Positions 1 through 8,012 of a stretch of 20,000 bases of DNA are shown here, in pieces. Within the stretch, counting starts at the first letter, position 1; every line of letters begins with the position of its first letter. This stretch comes from an uncultured virus (IMG/VR IMGVR_UViG_3300029977_000134) (lineage: Duplodnaviria; Heunggongvirae; Uroviricota; Caudoviricetes), in IMG/VR virus record IMGVR_UViG_3300029977_000134, one strand, 5' to 3'. The position numbers and the translations under genes were made by a program. Below the pieces are notes generated by a model. The model saw nothing but the letters and a program-made list of their open reading frames with translations, did not search any database and was not told the origin of the DNA.

Positions 1-2
1 TA

Positions 3-626
3 AGGGATTTTATAGCTTGGAAAAGAGAAGAAAGAGATAAGGCAGACATAAACCTGTATGTGTCTTGGGCTGAGCCTTCGGTCATTCTTGTCCCTGTGTA
101 CAGGTATTCCGCCTTTTCCTTGGGTGGAAAGTTAATACCTGACCTCAAATATAAAGACATTATAAAACTTGAAAACCTTTCCTACTACAGACCTTTTACC
201 CTACCAAAAAAGAGTAAGGTTAGATTTAAGGTAACCGTTGATGATGGTCCCGAAATTATGAGAGCCAGTTCCTTAGGAATTAGCGTTAGTCACCCAACGA
301 TTTATGGTTATACAATGTACCTTGAACCCGATGACATTGATATGGAATTTTTTGAAAGGGATTTTAGAATACTGAGTTTGGCTGAAGGTAAGGATTACTC
401 AAAATCTTTAGATTTTGCTAACTCGGAAATCATAGATTGTTTACATCACCTTGAAGACAGTATGTTTATCGTTCTCAGCTTTCTGTATATGATTTATAGT
501 GGTGGGTATACTGACTATGCCGAAAACAAGTTTTTCTTTCCATTTACTGAAATTTTTCGAAGCTACGGTGAAACTTTCGAGGAGGCTTTGTTTGTTGCGA
601 AAGAAGTGTCAATGTTTATTGGGTAG
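3..626 (+). CDS. Hypothetical protein, 5'-truncated by the window edge; paralogue of 649..1446
   Basis: The frame is open from nt 3 (RDFIAWKREERDKADINLYVSW...), so GTG at 60 is probably not the start. C-terminus FLYMIYSGG..FPFTEIFRSYGETFEE..KEVSMF matches the next ORF. Confidence 0.8.
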   Translation, partial: RDFIAWKREERDKADINLYVSWAEPSVILVPVYRYSAFSLGGKLIPDLKYKDIIKLENLSYYRPFTLPKKSKVRFKVTVDDGPEIMRASSLGISVSHPTIYGYTMYLEPDDIDMEFFERDFRILSLAEGKDYSKSLDFANSEIIDCLHHLEDSMFIVLSFLYMIYSGGYTDYAENKFFFPFTEIFRSYGETFEEALFVAKEVSMFIG

Positions 627-648
627 AATTGAAACGGAGGAGTGAAAA

Positions 649-1446
649 ATGGGTTCCTTAATTAAGACAGGTGAAGTAGTAAAAGTAGACCCGAGGGATA
701 TTATTTACCTTTACAGATTTATAAGAGAGTGTATAACCTGGAACTTGGATGATTACCATAACTTCTTAGACAAAGTAGGCAAGAGGAACTCTGATTATTA
801 CCAAGCCACCCTTACACTCAATTTTTTATTAGTACCTAAATTTAGGTATTCTACGCCTCATGAAAAGATTAAAAATACTGAAGTTCAGCAAGCGGATAAA
901 GTTAAATACGAAAATTTTTCCAACTTTGATGTCTATCAATTTGACCCTAACTCTAATGGAGAAATCTTGGAAATTAAATTTGAATCAGGAATTAGACATA
1001 GTAACACCAGGGCGGTAGCCAGAGTTTGGTGGTTAGATCTTGTTGTAGTTGAAACTGGATTTCATTGTTCAGTAGGGAACACTGATATAAATGCCGCCAG
1101 CGTTGAATACTGTCATTCTGGGACGCTTATTCATGAAACCAATAGTGATATAGAAGACCTTCAAGGATATTTGAGAACCTTAAGATGGACACAGGGTAAA
1201 AGTTATCTGGAACTTTCCAAACGTTCCAAACCTAATGAAACTGGAGTTGTATACAAAATAAGACACTTTGAGGAAAATTTCTTCCTTTTTGTAAACTTCC
1301 TTTACACTTTATATACAGGTGGTTTTAAAAAGGATAGCCCTGAACACACACTTTTTGAACCGTTTACCGAACTTTTAAAGACTTATGGTAATACCTTTGA
1401 GGAAATGTTGTCAACTGTGAAAGAAGTAATGATGTTTGTTGAGTAG
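649..1446 (+). CDS. Hypothetical protein (265 aa), tandem paralogue of the preceding gene
   Basis: RBS GGAGGAG before ATG. Shared motifs LVPxxRYS and FLYxxYxGG...PFTE...YGxTFEE...KEVxMF. Confidence 0.85.
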   Translation: MGSLIKTGEVVKVDPRDIIYLYRFIRECITWNLDDYHNFLDKVGKRNSDYYQATLTLNFLLVPKFRYSTPHEKIKNTEVQQADKVKYENFSNFDVYQFDPNSNGEILEIKFESGIRHSNTRAVARVWWLDLVVVETGFHCSVGNTDINAASVEYCHSGTLIHETNSDIEDLQGYLRTLRWTQGKSYLELSKRSKPNETGVVYKIRHFEENFFLFVNFLYTLYTGGFKKDSPEHTLFEPFTELLKTYGNTFEEMLSTVKEVMMFVE

Positions 1447-1467
1447 AGTAAAAGCAAGGAGATTATA

Positions 1468-1773
1468 ATGGACACTAAAAAAATTGAAGAAGCGTTGAAA
1501 TCACGGTTTACTGGTAACTATCCAAAGGCACAATTTGAAGTTATACTTGACGAGCAGAACAATTTACTAACAGTAAAAACAAACCTATTGCGTAAAATTG
1601 ACGACCAAGGATGTGATAAAGATGAAGATTGTTGTATGAAAGTAGTTTTGAATAAGACTGTAAGGGAAGTTGTTATTATGGCTTTGAAGGGATTTTTTGA
1701 TGTTTATCAAGACAAAAAAACTAAACAAATTTTAGCTAATAGAAACATAATGGTAAACATTGAGCCGATGTAA
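1468..1773 (+). CDS. Hypothetical protein (101 aa)
   Basis: RBS AAGGAG, tight packing with neighbours, no recognisable motif. Confidence 0.75.
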   Translation: MDTKKIEEALKSRFTGNYPKAQFEVILDEQNNLLTVKTNLLRKIDDQGCDKDEDCCMKVVLNKTVREVVIMALKGFFDVYQDKKTKQILANRNIMVNIEPM

Positions 1774-1793
1774 TATAAGGAGGTAGAGTTATT

Positions 1794-3074
1794 ATGACGA
1801 ACAACAATGAGATTTCTTTATATGAGGAAACATTAGATGCTTATGCAAAGGAATTTGCTAACTATATTACTCCAAAAGGAGACACTATATTTGGTTTCTG
1901 GATGCAAACATTGGCGGATTTGGAATTTTTGGATTTGGAATTACAAGGTTTAACTGATGAGTATAAAATTGATGCGGTAAATAGGGTGGTTAATTTCAAG
2001 GGCGACGATGATTTTATAAGATTAAGAATTGCTCACCTTGAAAAAGTAAAAGGAAAAACGACTCTCTATACTGAATTTGTGGATAAATTCGGAGATACTA
2101 ATGCTTATGCATTCCATAATCTTTACCCATACAAAGGAAAATTTTATCCGAGAGTTGTGAGAACTCTAATTAATGCCTTCAAGCTTGATAGTAATTCACT
2201 TCTCTTGGACCCTTTTAATGGCTCTGGAACCACCACACATGAAGCTTCGATTATGGGGATTAAAAGTGTTGGTATAGATGTTACTCCAATGGGTGTTATA
2301 CTATCGGAATTGAAAAATGATTTACTTTTTGCAGATGAAGAGAAGTTGAACTTTTCACAAGAGGATTTGCAAGATATTTTGCAAGCGATAGAAAATAGAC
2401 AATGGGAACATAGCGACCCTCTGATATACAAATTAATGCTTGTGGTGTACTTTGATACGGTTGATGCATTCGCAAGAACTTCGAGGTATAATAAAAAGGG
2501 TAAGATTGGACTTTTTGTGGAGAAATTCAATTACATAAGAGATTGCTACAGGAAAACTAAAGAAATAAAAGAAAAGTACGGACTTAAATTTGAGCCCGCT
2601 AAAATAATAGAAGGGGATGTCATGGAGCTCAAAAATATGAGTGAGTTTGAAGGGAAATTTGATGCGTGCATTACAAGTCCACCTTACTATTTTTCGATAG
2701 ATTATGTAGGGAAAGATAAAATTGCCTATGATTATTTGGGGATTGATATGAAAAAGATTGAATCAAAATACTTGGGAATGAAAGAGGGAACACCAAGTGG
2801 TAATTATAGCGGACTGCCTACAAAAGTTGCTATGTATTACGAAGACTTGAAAGAATCCATTAAGAATATTTACTGGGCATTAAAACCCGGTGGTAAGTTG
2901 GCAATCATAGTTGGAGATAGTACCGTCAATGGTAAGAAAATTCCGACAACGATGATGACCAAGAGATTTTGTGAAGAGGTAGGATTTAGATTTGAAAGGT
3001 TAATATTCAATCCACTTTTAGGTGCTCGTAATAGGGCAATAAGAGGAGAAAGTGTGATAATTTGTAAAAAATAA
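1794..3074 (+). CDS. DNA methyltransferase, N4-cytosine/N6-adenine type (SPPY, probably m4C), motif I before motif IV
   Basis: HNLYPYKGKF (motif X), LLDPFNGSGTT (motif I) and ITSPPYY (motif IV). RBS AAGGAGGT. Confidence 0.92.
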   Translation: MTNNNEISLYEETLDAYAKEFANYITPKGDTIFGFWMQTLADLEFLDLELQGLTDEYKIDAVNRVVNFKGDDDFIRLRIAHLEKVKGKTTLYTEFVDKFGDTNAYAFHNLYPYKGKFYPRVVRTLINAFKLDSNSLLLDPFNGSGTTTHEASIMGIKSVGIDVTPMGVILSELKNDLLFADEEKLNFSQEDLQDILQAIENRQWEHSDPLIYKLMLVVYFDTVDAFARTSRYNKKGKIGLFVEKFNYIRDCYRKTKEIKEKYGLKFEPAKIIEGDVMELKNMSEFEGKFDACITSPPYYFSIDYVGKDKIAYDYLGIDMKKIESKYLGMKEGTPSGNYSGLPTKVAMYYEDLKESIKNIYWALKPGGKLAIIVGDSTVNGKKIPTTMMTKRFCEEVGFRFERLIFNPLLGARNRAIRGESVIICKK

Positions 3075-3085
3075 ATGCTCCTAAC

Positions 3086-3114
3086 TTGACAGCTCAAAAG
3101 GAATGCCTTATAAT
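3086..3114 (+). promoter_or_regulatory. Consensus sigma70-type promoter
   Basis: TTGACA (3086-3091), 17-nt spacer, TATAAT (3109-3114), upstream of RBS and ATG 3146. Confidence 0.85.
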
Positions 3115-3145
3115 TAGATACGTTAAAACTAAGCAGGAGGTAAAA

Positions 3146-3958
3146 ATGTCAAACAAAATCAATGATATAGACCTTTCAAGGTGGAAAGAATACGACGAAA
3201 TAATTACTGATAGTCTCTGGGTTTTCAATAGAAGAGACACTTCAGGAGCTCACTCGGGTTGGTATTGGGGAAACTTTATCCCACAAATTCCCCGTCAAAT
3301 GATGTTAAGATACACAAAGAAAGGTGACTGGGTGTTGGACCCCTTTGTTGGAAGTGGAACAACTTTGATTGAATGTAGAAGGTTAGGAAGAAACGGAATT
3401 GGTATAGAGTTAAATCCAGATGTAGCCCAGAAAGCAAGGGAATTAGTAGAAACCGAGCAGAACATTGATAATGTGATTACAGAAATAGTTGTTGGGGATA
3501 GCAGAACAGTTGATATAAAGCAGGTCTTATCAAAATATGGTATTGACAAAGTTCAATTAGTTATTATGCACCCTCCATACCATGATATTATCAAATTTTC
3601 TAATGATAAACGAGACCTCTCTAATGCAGAAAGTATAGAGGAATTCCTGCAGATGTTTGGACAGGTTGTTGAAAACGTTACTCCATTTTTAGAAGAAGAA
3701 AGATACCTTGCTTCAGTAATTGGTGATAAGTATTCCAAGAGTGAATGGATACCGCTTGGGTTTTATTGTATGAATGAAGTTTTGAAGAGGGGATATATGT
3801 TAAAAAGTATAGTTGTAAAAAACTTTGAGGAAACAAGAGGGAAGAAGAACCAAAGAGAACTCTGGAGATATAGGGCACTGGCTAATGGTTTTTATGTTTT
3901 TAAACACGAGTATATTATGATTTTCAAGAAAAACAAAGAAAACCGTAAGGAGGAGTAA
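3146..3958 (+). CDS. DNA methyltransferase (N4/N6 amino-MTase, HPPY variant)
   Basis: WGNFIPQIPRQMMLRY, VLDPFVGSGTT (motif I), IMHPPYHD (motif IV), C-terminal HEYIMIFKK. Start moved to ATG 3146 (RBS AGGAGGT); the track's TTG at 3086 is the -35 box. Confidence 0.92.
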   Translation: MSNKINDIDLSRWKEYDEIITDSLWVFNRRDTSGAHSGWYWGNFIPQIPRQMMLRYTKKGDWVLDPFVGSGTTLIECRRLGRNGIGIELNPDVAQKARELVETEQNIDNVITEIVVGDSRTVDIKQVLSKYGIDKVQLVIMHPPYHDIIKFSNDKRDLSNAESIEEFLQMFGQVVENVTPFLEEERYLASVIGDKYSKSEWIPLGFYCMNEVLKRGYMLKSIVVKNFEETRGKKNQRELWRYRALANGFYVFKHEYIMIFKKNKENRKEE

Positions 3959-3971
3959 AATGATAGAAATA
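3955..3971 (+). repeat. 17-bp direct repeat, copy 1 (GTAAAATGATAGAAATA)
   Basis: Identical to 4760-4776. Both copies follow GAGG and contain an ATG starting M-I-E-I. Confidence 0.75.
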
Positions 3972-4005
3972 GGAAATAGTATGGATACAGGAAAAACTTT
4001 CTTAC

Positions 4006-4034
4006 TTGACAATTCGGTAAGAATATGCTATAAT
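4006..4034 (+). promoter_or_regulatory. Consensus sigma70 promoter with extended -10
   Basis: TTGACA (4006-4011), 17-nt spacer, TGcTATAAT (-10 at 4029-4034), then AAAGGAGGT and ATG 4060. Confidence 0.88.
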
Positions 4035-4059
4035 TTTGCATAACTAAAGGAGGTGCAAA

Positions 4060-4695
4060 ATGGTTGACGTGCTTGATACAAAGTATGGAGAAGTAGAAAT
4101 AAAAGAAGTAGATTGGCATAGGGGTATGATCCCCTTACCAAGTGGTACAATGATAATAGATGATAAAGTGGTTCAAAAGATAGCACGGGAGTATGGGCTT
4201 GATAAAAAGTTGGATCTAGTAGAGGAGTTTCTCGAGTACTGTGGAATAAATATATATTCTATGGACTTCTCCTCCAGTTACACAGAATTTTTGCATCCTG
4301 GTAGTCCTGATTTGGGGTATAATTTTCATGTAGATTGGATCGATACAGAGATTGAAGATTCTGATATAGAAGATTTTTCAGAAGACTTATCTCCAGAAGA
4401 TAAAAGGTTTCTTTTACAAAAGAAAGAAGATATTGAAGGATTCCTCGATAGTATTAATGATATATATGATAAAATGCTTGACTATGTAGATTCATATGTT
4501 CAATCACTGGAAGAGGAAGCACGTTATGGTGACTCAGAAGAGGGAGATGATGAATTAGAAGAATATGATGAGCCTGAGTTTGATGAAGATACTGAGCCTG
4601 ATTTTGATGAAGATGATGAATCTGGGCTTGACGAAGTTTATGAACCTGAGCTTGATGAAGGCGATGAACCTGAGTTTGATGAAGATGATTGGTAA
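4060..4695 (+). CDS. Highly acidic protein (about 35% D/E) with C-terminal octapeptide repeats
   Basis: Own promoter and strong RBS. Tail DEPEFDED/TEPDFDED/DESGLDEV/YEPELDEG/DEPEFDED. Confidence 0.85.
   Translation: MVDVLDTKYGEVEIKEVDWHRGMIPLPSGTMIIDDKVVQKIAREYGLDKKLDLVEEFLEYCGINIYSMDFSSSYTEFLHPGSPDLGYNFHVDWIDTEIEDSDIEDFSEDLSPEDKRFLLQKKEDIEGFLDSINDIYDKMLDYVDSYVQSLEEEARYGDSEEGDDELEEYDEPEFDEDTEPDFDEDDESGLDEVYEPELDEGDEPEFDEDDW
4567..4686 (+). repeat. In-frame 24-nt tandem repeat, 5 degenerate copies
   Basis: Consensus GATGARCCTGAGYTTGATGAAGAT, with units starting at 4567, 4591, 4615, 4639 and 4663. Confidence 0.9.
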
Positions 4696-4759
4696 TAACT
4701 TTTAAGTAGTTTTCTACTTCCTTAAAAACAAGATTATTAAAACAAACAAAATCGTGAGG

Positions 4760-4776
4760 GTAAAATGATAGAAATA
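4760..4776 (+). repeat. 17-bp direct repeat, copy 2
   Basis: GTAAAATGATAGAAATA, identical to 3955-3971. Confidence 0.75.
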
Positions 4777-4920
4777 ACATTAGAGGATTATCTTGAATAT
4801 GAAAAACCACAACCACATAACAACAATTTTCATCTTATAGCCCACGAACATCTATTCGTCTTTAGAAAGCCAGGAAGAGACGAAAAAATTTCAAAGTTTA
4901 GGAAAAGCACAAAATGGTAA
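4765..4920 (+). pseudogene. 51-aa ORF, probable internally deleted remnant of a DNA methyltransferase
   Basis: Not in the ORF track: MIEITLEDYLEYEKPQPHNNNFHLIAHEHLFVFRKPGRDEKISKFRKSTKW*. FHLIAHEHLFVFRK parallels the terminal strand FYVFKHEYIMIFKK of the MTase at 3146..3958. Confidence 0.6.
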
Positions 4921-4970
4921 CCCTAAACAAATTGCTTTCCAGTCTGTCAAAAGTTATTCAAGGGGTAGGA

Positions 4971-5492
4971 ATGAAAAAAGAGAAGTATATGATTACCGAC
5001 GCAGAAGGTATAAGGGTAGTACATGACTACCTTATGGAAAAGTTCAATCCATCTGTAGAAGTTGAAATCGAGTTTGTTGAAGGCGATGATTACAGTGGTC
5101 TCTTTGAAATCTATGTTATACCGCTTGACGATGGGGCAATAACTTTAATGGGAAAGATAACTCTGGCGGGTGTAGATGGAACTTACAGCATACCTCACTA
5201 TATGCACGAATTTGCCCATCTTTACAAATTTTCAAAAAGTGGTGAAGATTTTGAATATGCTGGCGAAGACTACCATCCAAAGGAGTTTTATAAAGTTTTA
5301 AATGAAGTTATAAAGGCTATAAAAGAAGTTATTCCAGATTTTGAATACCCGCTGGGGTTTGAATACCCAGGGGCAAAACAAATGCTTGAAGAAACAAAAA
5401 GGAAACGTGGAAGGAGATTAACAAGGAGGGACTATGATAAAAGTAAGGAGAAAACTTGTGGACAAATCGACTGGTGCGATTACGATCTCTGA
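4971..5492 (+). CDS. Putative zincin metallopeptidase (SprT/YgjP/WLM-like)
   Basis: HYMHEFAHLY (HEXXH) followed by HPKEFY, the HxxxF third-ligand motif. Start at ATG 4971 preferred (upstream GGGGTAGGA) over 4914. Confidence 0.7.
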   Translation: MKKEKYMITDAEGIRVVHDYLMEKFNPSVEVEIEFVEGDDYSGLFEIYVIPLDDGAITLMGKITLAGVDGTYSIPHYMHEFAHLYKFSKSGEDFEYAGEDYHPKEFYKVLNEVIKAIKEVIPDFEYPLGFEYPGAKQMLEETKRKRGRRLTRRDYDKSKEKTCGQIDWCDYDL

Positions 5493-5679
5493 ATCAAACC
5501 TTTCCTGTCTTGGATGCTTAGTTAATGACTATACAGCAATCAAGTCAATTATTAGTACCCTTGGGAATGTCACATTCATAGACAAACCAAATGGTTTTAA
5601 TGCTTACTTAGTAAACCCTGATGGAAGTAGCCAGTTAATTGCAGAGTATAGAGTTGTACAGTTTGATATAATGGATTAA
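5434..5679 (+). CDS. Hypothetical protein (81 aa, CxxC)
   Basis: RBS AGGAGG before ATG 5434. Overlaps the end of the previous ORF. Confidence 0.7.
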   Translation: MIKVRRKLVDKSTGAITISESNLSCLGCLVNDYTAIKSIISTLGNVTFIDKPNGFNAYLVNPDGSSQLIAEYRVVQFDIMD

Positions 5680-5685
5680 AAAACA

Positions 5686-6099
5686 ATGTCAGTTCTAATT
5701 GTTAGAACCAAAGAGAAACCACCTTATGCATATCAGCTTAAGTATGATGGAAAAACAATATATGTCAGATTACTTGACTCCGAAACCTACCGAACCAAGT
5801 TGGAACTCGAAGTCTATCGAAGCAAGGAAGATAAGAAAATCTACCTTATAGAAAGAAAATTCTTAGACAGAACCTCAGTAAAAGAGCGTAAATACCTCTA
5901 CAAAGGTGAAAGAATTCCCTCCGTTGGAGATGCAGACCCATTCGAGCTTTTCAACCTCATTTCAGGAAAGAAAGGTGCCATCCGTTGGTGTGCAGGGTGG
6001 CAAAAACAAAATGAGGTACTTGACAATTCAAACCATAACTATTATAACTATAACACAACAAAAAGGAGGTGTAACCATGGGTATCAGATACATATATGA
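5686..6099 (+). CDS. Hypothetical protein (137 aa); 3' end runs through the downstream promoter
   Basis: ORF with typical codon usage. The last ~30 codons overlap promoter 6020-6048 and the RBS of gene 6077. Confidence 0.7.
   Translation: MSVLIVRTKEKPPYAYQLKYDGKTIYVRLLDSETYRTKLELEVYRSKEDKKIYLIERKFLDRTSVKERKYLYKGERIPSVGDADPFELFNLISGKKGAIRWCAGWQKQNEVLDNSNHNYYNYNTTKRRCNHGYQIHI
6020..6048 (+). promoter_or_regulatory. sigma70-type promoter
   Basis: TTGACA (6020-6025), 17-nt spacer, TATAAC (6043-6048), followed by AAAGGAGGT and ATG 6077. Confidence 0.75.
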
Positions 6100-6304
6100 T
6101 AAGTATGGTAACATAAAAGCAGTGATAGATGAGGATGACTACACCGCAACAGTAATCGATGTCCATAAAGGTGTAGTCGGTAATGTCGTGAAAGGCAAAG
6201 GTGGAATCAGAGCGATGGCTAACTCATTCAAAAAAGGTATAGTCGGTTACGCTGACAATGATGACGACGCTATCGCAATGCTTCTTGATGATGACGATGA
6301 TTGA
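6077..6304 (+). CDS. Small hypothetical protein (75 aa) with poly-Asp C-terminus
   Basis: True start ATG 6077 (RBS AGGAGGT, own promoter) within track ORF 5906..6304. Sequence MGIRYIYDKYG...LLDDDDD. Confidence 0.8.
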   Translation: MGIRYIYDKYGNIKAVIDEDDYTATVIDVHKGVVGNVVKGKGGIRAMANSFKKGIVGYADNDDDAIAMLLDDDDD

Positions 6305-6669
6305 AAACGAAAATGATTATCTACGACTACAAACGAAAGGTAAGAAAAACAAACTCCAAGAGTGAACCGATGAAATACAAAATGGTAAACAAGTTGAAGG
6401 AGGTAGTAGGAAGGCTGATAGAGAATAACTTCGAACCGATAAAGGGCGACTTCCATCCAAGGACTGTAAGGAGACTTTCAAGAATTAAGGTCTTTGCTTA
6501 CAGCCTTGGATGGGGTCGCCTCATCCAAGTTCGTAAGGGTAAGATATACCCAACTAAATTTTTGAAGAAGATTGTCAAGCTGAAGATTTGGAAACAAAGT
6601 GTAAGAAACAAAAAACTGAAGAATAGGAGGAGACATGAAAATGAGCATAAAACCATTAATAGTAACTGA
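6301..6669 (+). CDS. Very basic hypothetical protein, possibly nucleic-acid binding; start uncertain
   Basis: K/R-rich ORF packed between genes. Several alternative ATGs. Confidence 0.6.
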   Translation: MKTKMIIYDYKRKVRKTNSKSEPMKYKMVNKLKEVVGRLIENNFEPIKGDFHPRTVRRLSRIKVFAYSLGWGRLIQVRKGKIYPTKFLKKIVKLKIWKQSVRNKKLKNRRRHENEHKTINSN

Positions 6670-7552
6670 AAATTTGAACCTGTATCCTGAGAAAATATGT
6701 GGAGATGTAGTCCACGGAACTGCAATACTAACAAAAGGTAATGAAAAAACCATTAAGTTTTTCACAATAAAACTGTATCCAACAAAAAAGTATGAACCGC
6801 CCATAGAATATCAACCTGACCCGTCTATAATTAGTGAGCGAAACTGTTCCTATACGATTTCAAAGGATGACTTCAACAACATACTATCAGTAATTAAGGA
6901 AAAGGCTTCAAGATTTTTAACAGTTACTTTTGATAACTTTGAGCTTGGGAAGGACGATATTGAAAAACTTCATCCAACATTTAAGCAATACAGAAACTTA
7001 CTCAGAGTATATCTATCGGATGAGTCTTATTCACTTTGGAGTGAAGATTACACTGTCAGACACGTTCCAAGAACTTTCAGGATGGAAGTTTTGCATAAGG
7101 GAAAACTTCTTTTCTGGGTTCCAAAGGTGGAAACAGTATCAACTCCACCCGCAAGGGAACTTCAGGATGGAAGAACAATATATGAGCTTATCAGCAATAG
7201 GTTTTTCATTATCGTTGTGGAGAATGGAAACGAAATTGAGAAAGGAATTTATTGGAGATGGAATTCAGATTTCCAGGTAAAGTTTTTCAAAAACGGTGAA
7301 GTAGAATACATCTTCCATTCAGACACAATCCGCAGAAATGACCTCTTTAACGTGAAAGAATATTTAGCCAATATTGAAGTCGTTGAAAAGAATGGAAAAC
7401 GACTTCTAACTTTGGAAAGAAAGAATTTACCTAAAAATGTGAAATCATTCCTTGATAGTTTAGCACCACATTCTTTGAAAATCGATGGGAAATATATCTT
7501 CATACCTGATGAGTGGACAGTAAAAAATTATAACTTTGCAAAAGGGGAATAG
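6635..7552 (+). CDS. Hypothetical protein (about 305 aa)
   Basis: RBS AGGAGGAG before ATG 6635/6641, long ORF, no recognised motif. Confidence 0.8.
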   Translation: MKMSIKPLIVTENLNLYPEKICGDVVHGTAILTKGNEKTIKFFTIKLYPTKKYEPPIEYQPDPSIISERNCSYTISKDDFNNILSVIKEKASRFLTVTFDNFELGKDDIEKLHPTFKQYRNLLRVYLSDESYSLWSEDYTVRHVPRTFRMEVLHKGKLLFWVPKVETVSTPPARELQDGRTIYELISNRFFIIVVENGNEIEKGIYWRWNSDFQVKFFKNGEVEYIFHSDTIRRNDLFNVKEYLANIEVVEKNGKRLLTLERKNLPKNVKSFLDSLAPHSLKIDGKYIFIPDEWTVKNYNFAKGE

Positions 7553-7620
7553 GTTTGAAAGCCCTCCAGTTCGAACCAATAGTGGATATAATCTCTATCA
7601 AGCCTGGGAGGTTGGATGAA

Positions 7621-7968
7621 GTGAAAAGACTGGGGGTACATATCATATTCGAACTATACGGGTGTGACCCAGACACCCTGAAGGATAAGAACTATGTGGA
7701 AGAAGTTATGCTCAGAGCGGCTCGTGAATCCAATGCCCACGCCATTGGTTCTTTCTTCCATCAATTCAAGCCCCATGGAGTATCAGGTGTAATTATCATT
7801 GAGGAGTCTCACCTTTCTATCCATACCTGGCCTGAGCACAGTTATGCAGCTATAGACTTCTTTTATTGTTCAGATGATGTAGAACCGTTAAAAGCAATGA
7901 AAGTATTTTCAGAAAGTTTTAAACCACAAGCAATAGAAAAACAAGTAATTGATAGGGGGTTGGTTTGA
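7621..7968 (+). CDS. speD: S-adenosylmethionine decarboxylase proenzyme (class 1b, pyruvoyl-dependent)
   Basis: LGVHIIFELYGCD...HQFKPHGVSGVIIIEE|SHLSIHTWPEH..AIDFFYC...RG. Start set at GTG 7621 (GGAGG 7607-7611), matching the typical MKxLGxH N-terminus. Confidence 0.92.
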   Translation: MKRLGVHIIFELYGCDPDTLKDKNYVEEVMLRAARESNAHAIGSFFHQFKPHGVSGVIIIEESHLSIHTWPEHSYAAIDFFYCSDDVEPLKAMKVFSESFKPQAIEKQVIDRGLV

Positions 7969-8012
7969 CCCCAAAAAATTAAACCAAAACTTTAAAAAGG
8001 AGGTAATACAAC

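Noticed and set aside
3086..3145. Longer N-terminus of the HPPY MTase from a TTG start; likewise the track starts at 5906 and 7555
   Set aside because: The TTG is the -35 hexamer. Downstream ATG/GTG codons (3146, 6077, 7621) have proper RBSs.
4567..4686. 24-nt repeats as a CRISPR array
   Set aside because: Contiguous units with no spacers, in frame and degenerate, so this is a coding tandem repeat.
7569..7575. GTTCGAA T-loop-like motif upstream of speD (tRNA or attP fragment?)
   Set aside because: No T-stem, cloverleaf or CCA end around it.
7956..7978. GGGGTT-ggttt-GACCCC hairpin over the speD stop as a terminator, or the adjacent A-rich stretch as parC
   Set aside because: Followed by an A-tract, not a U-tract, so it fits neither strand as a terminator. 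No regular iterons.
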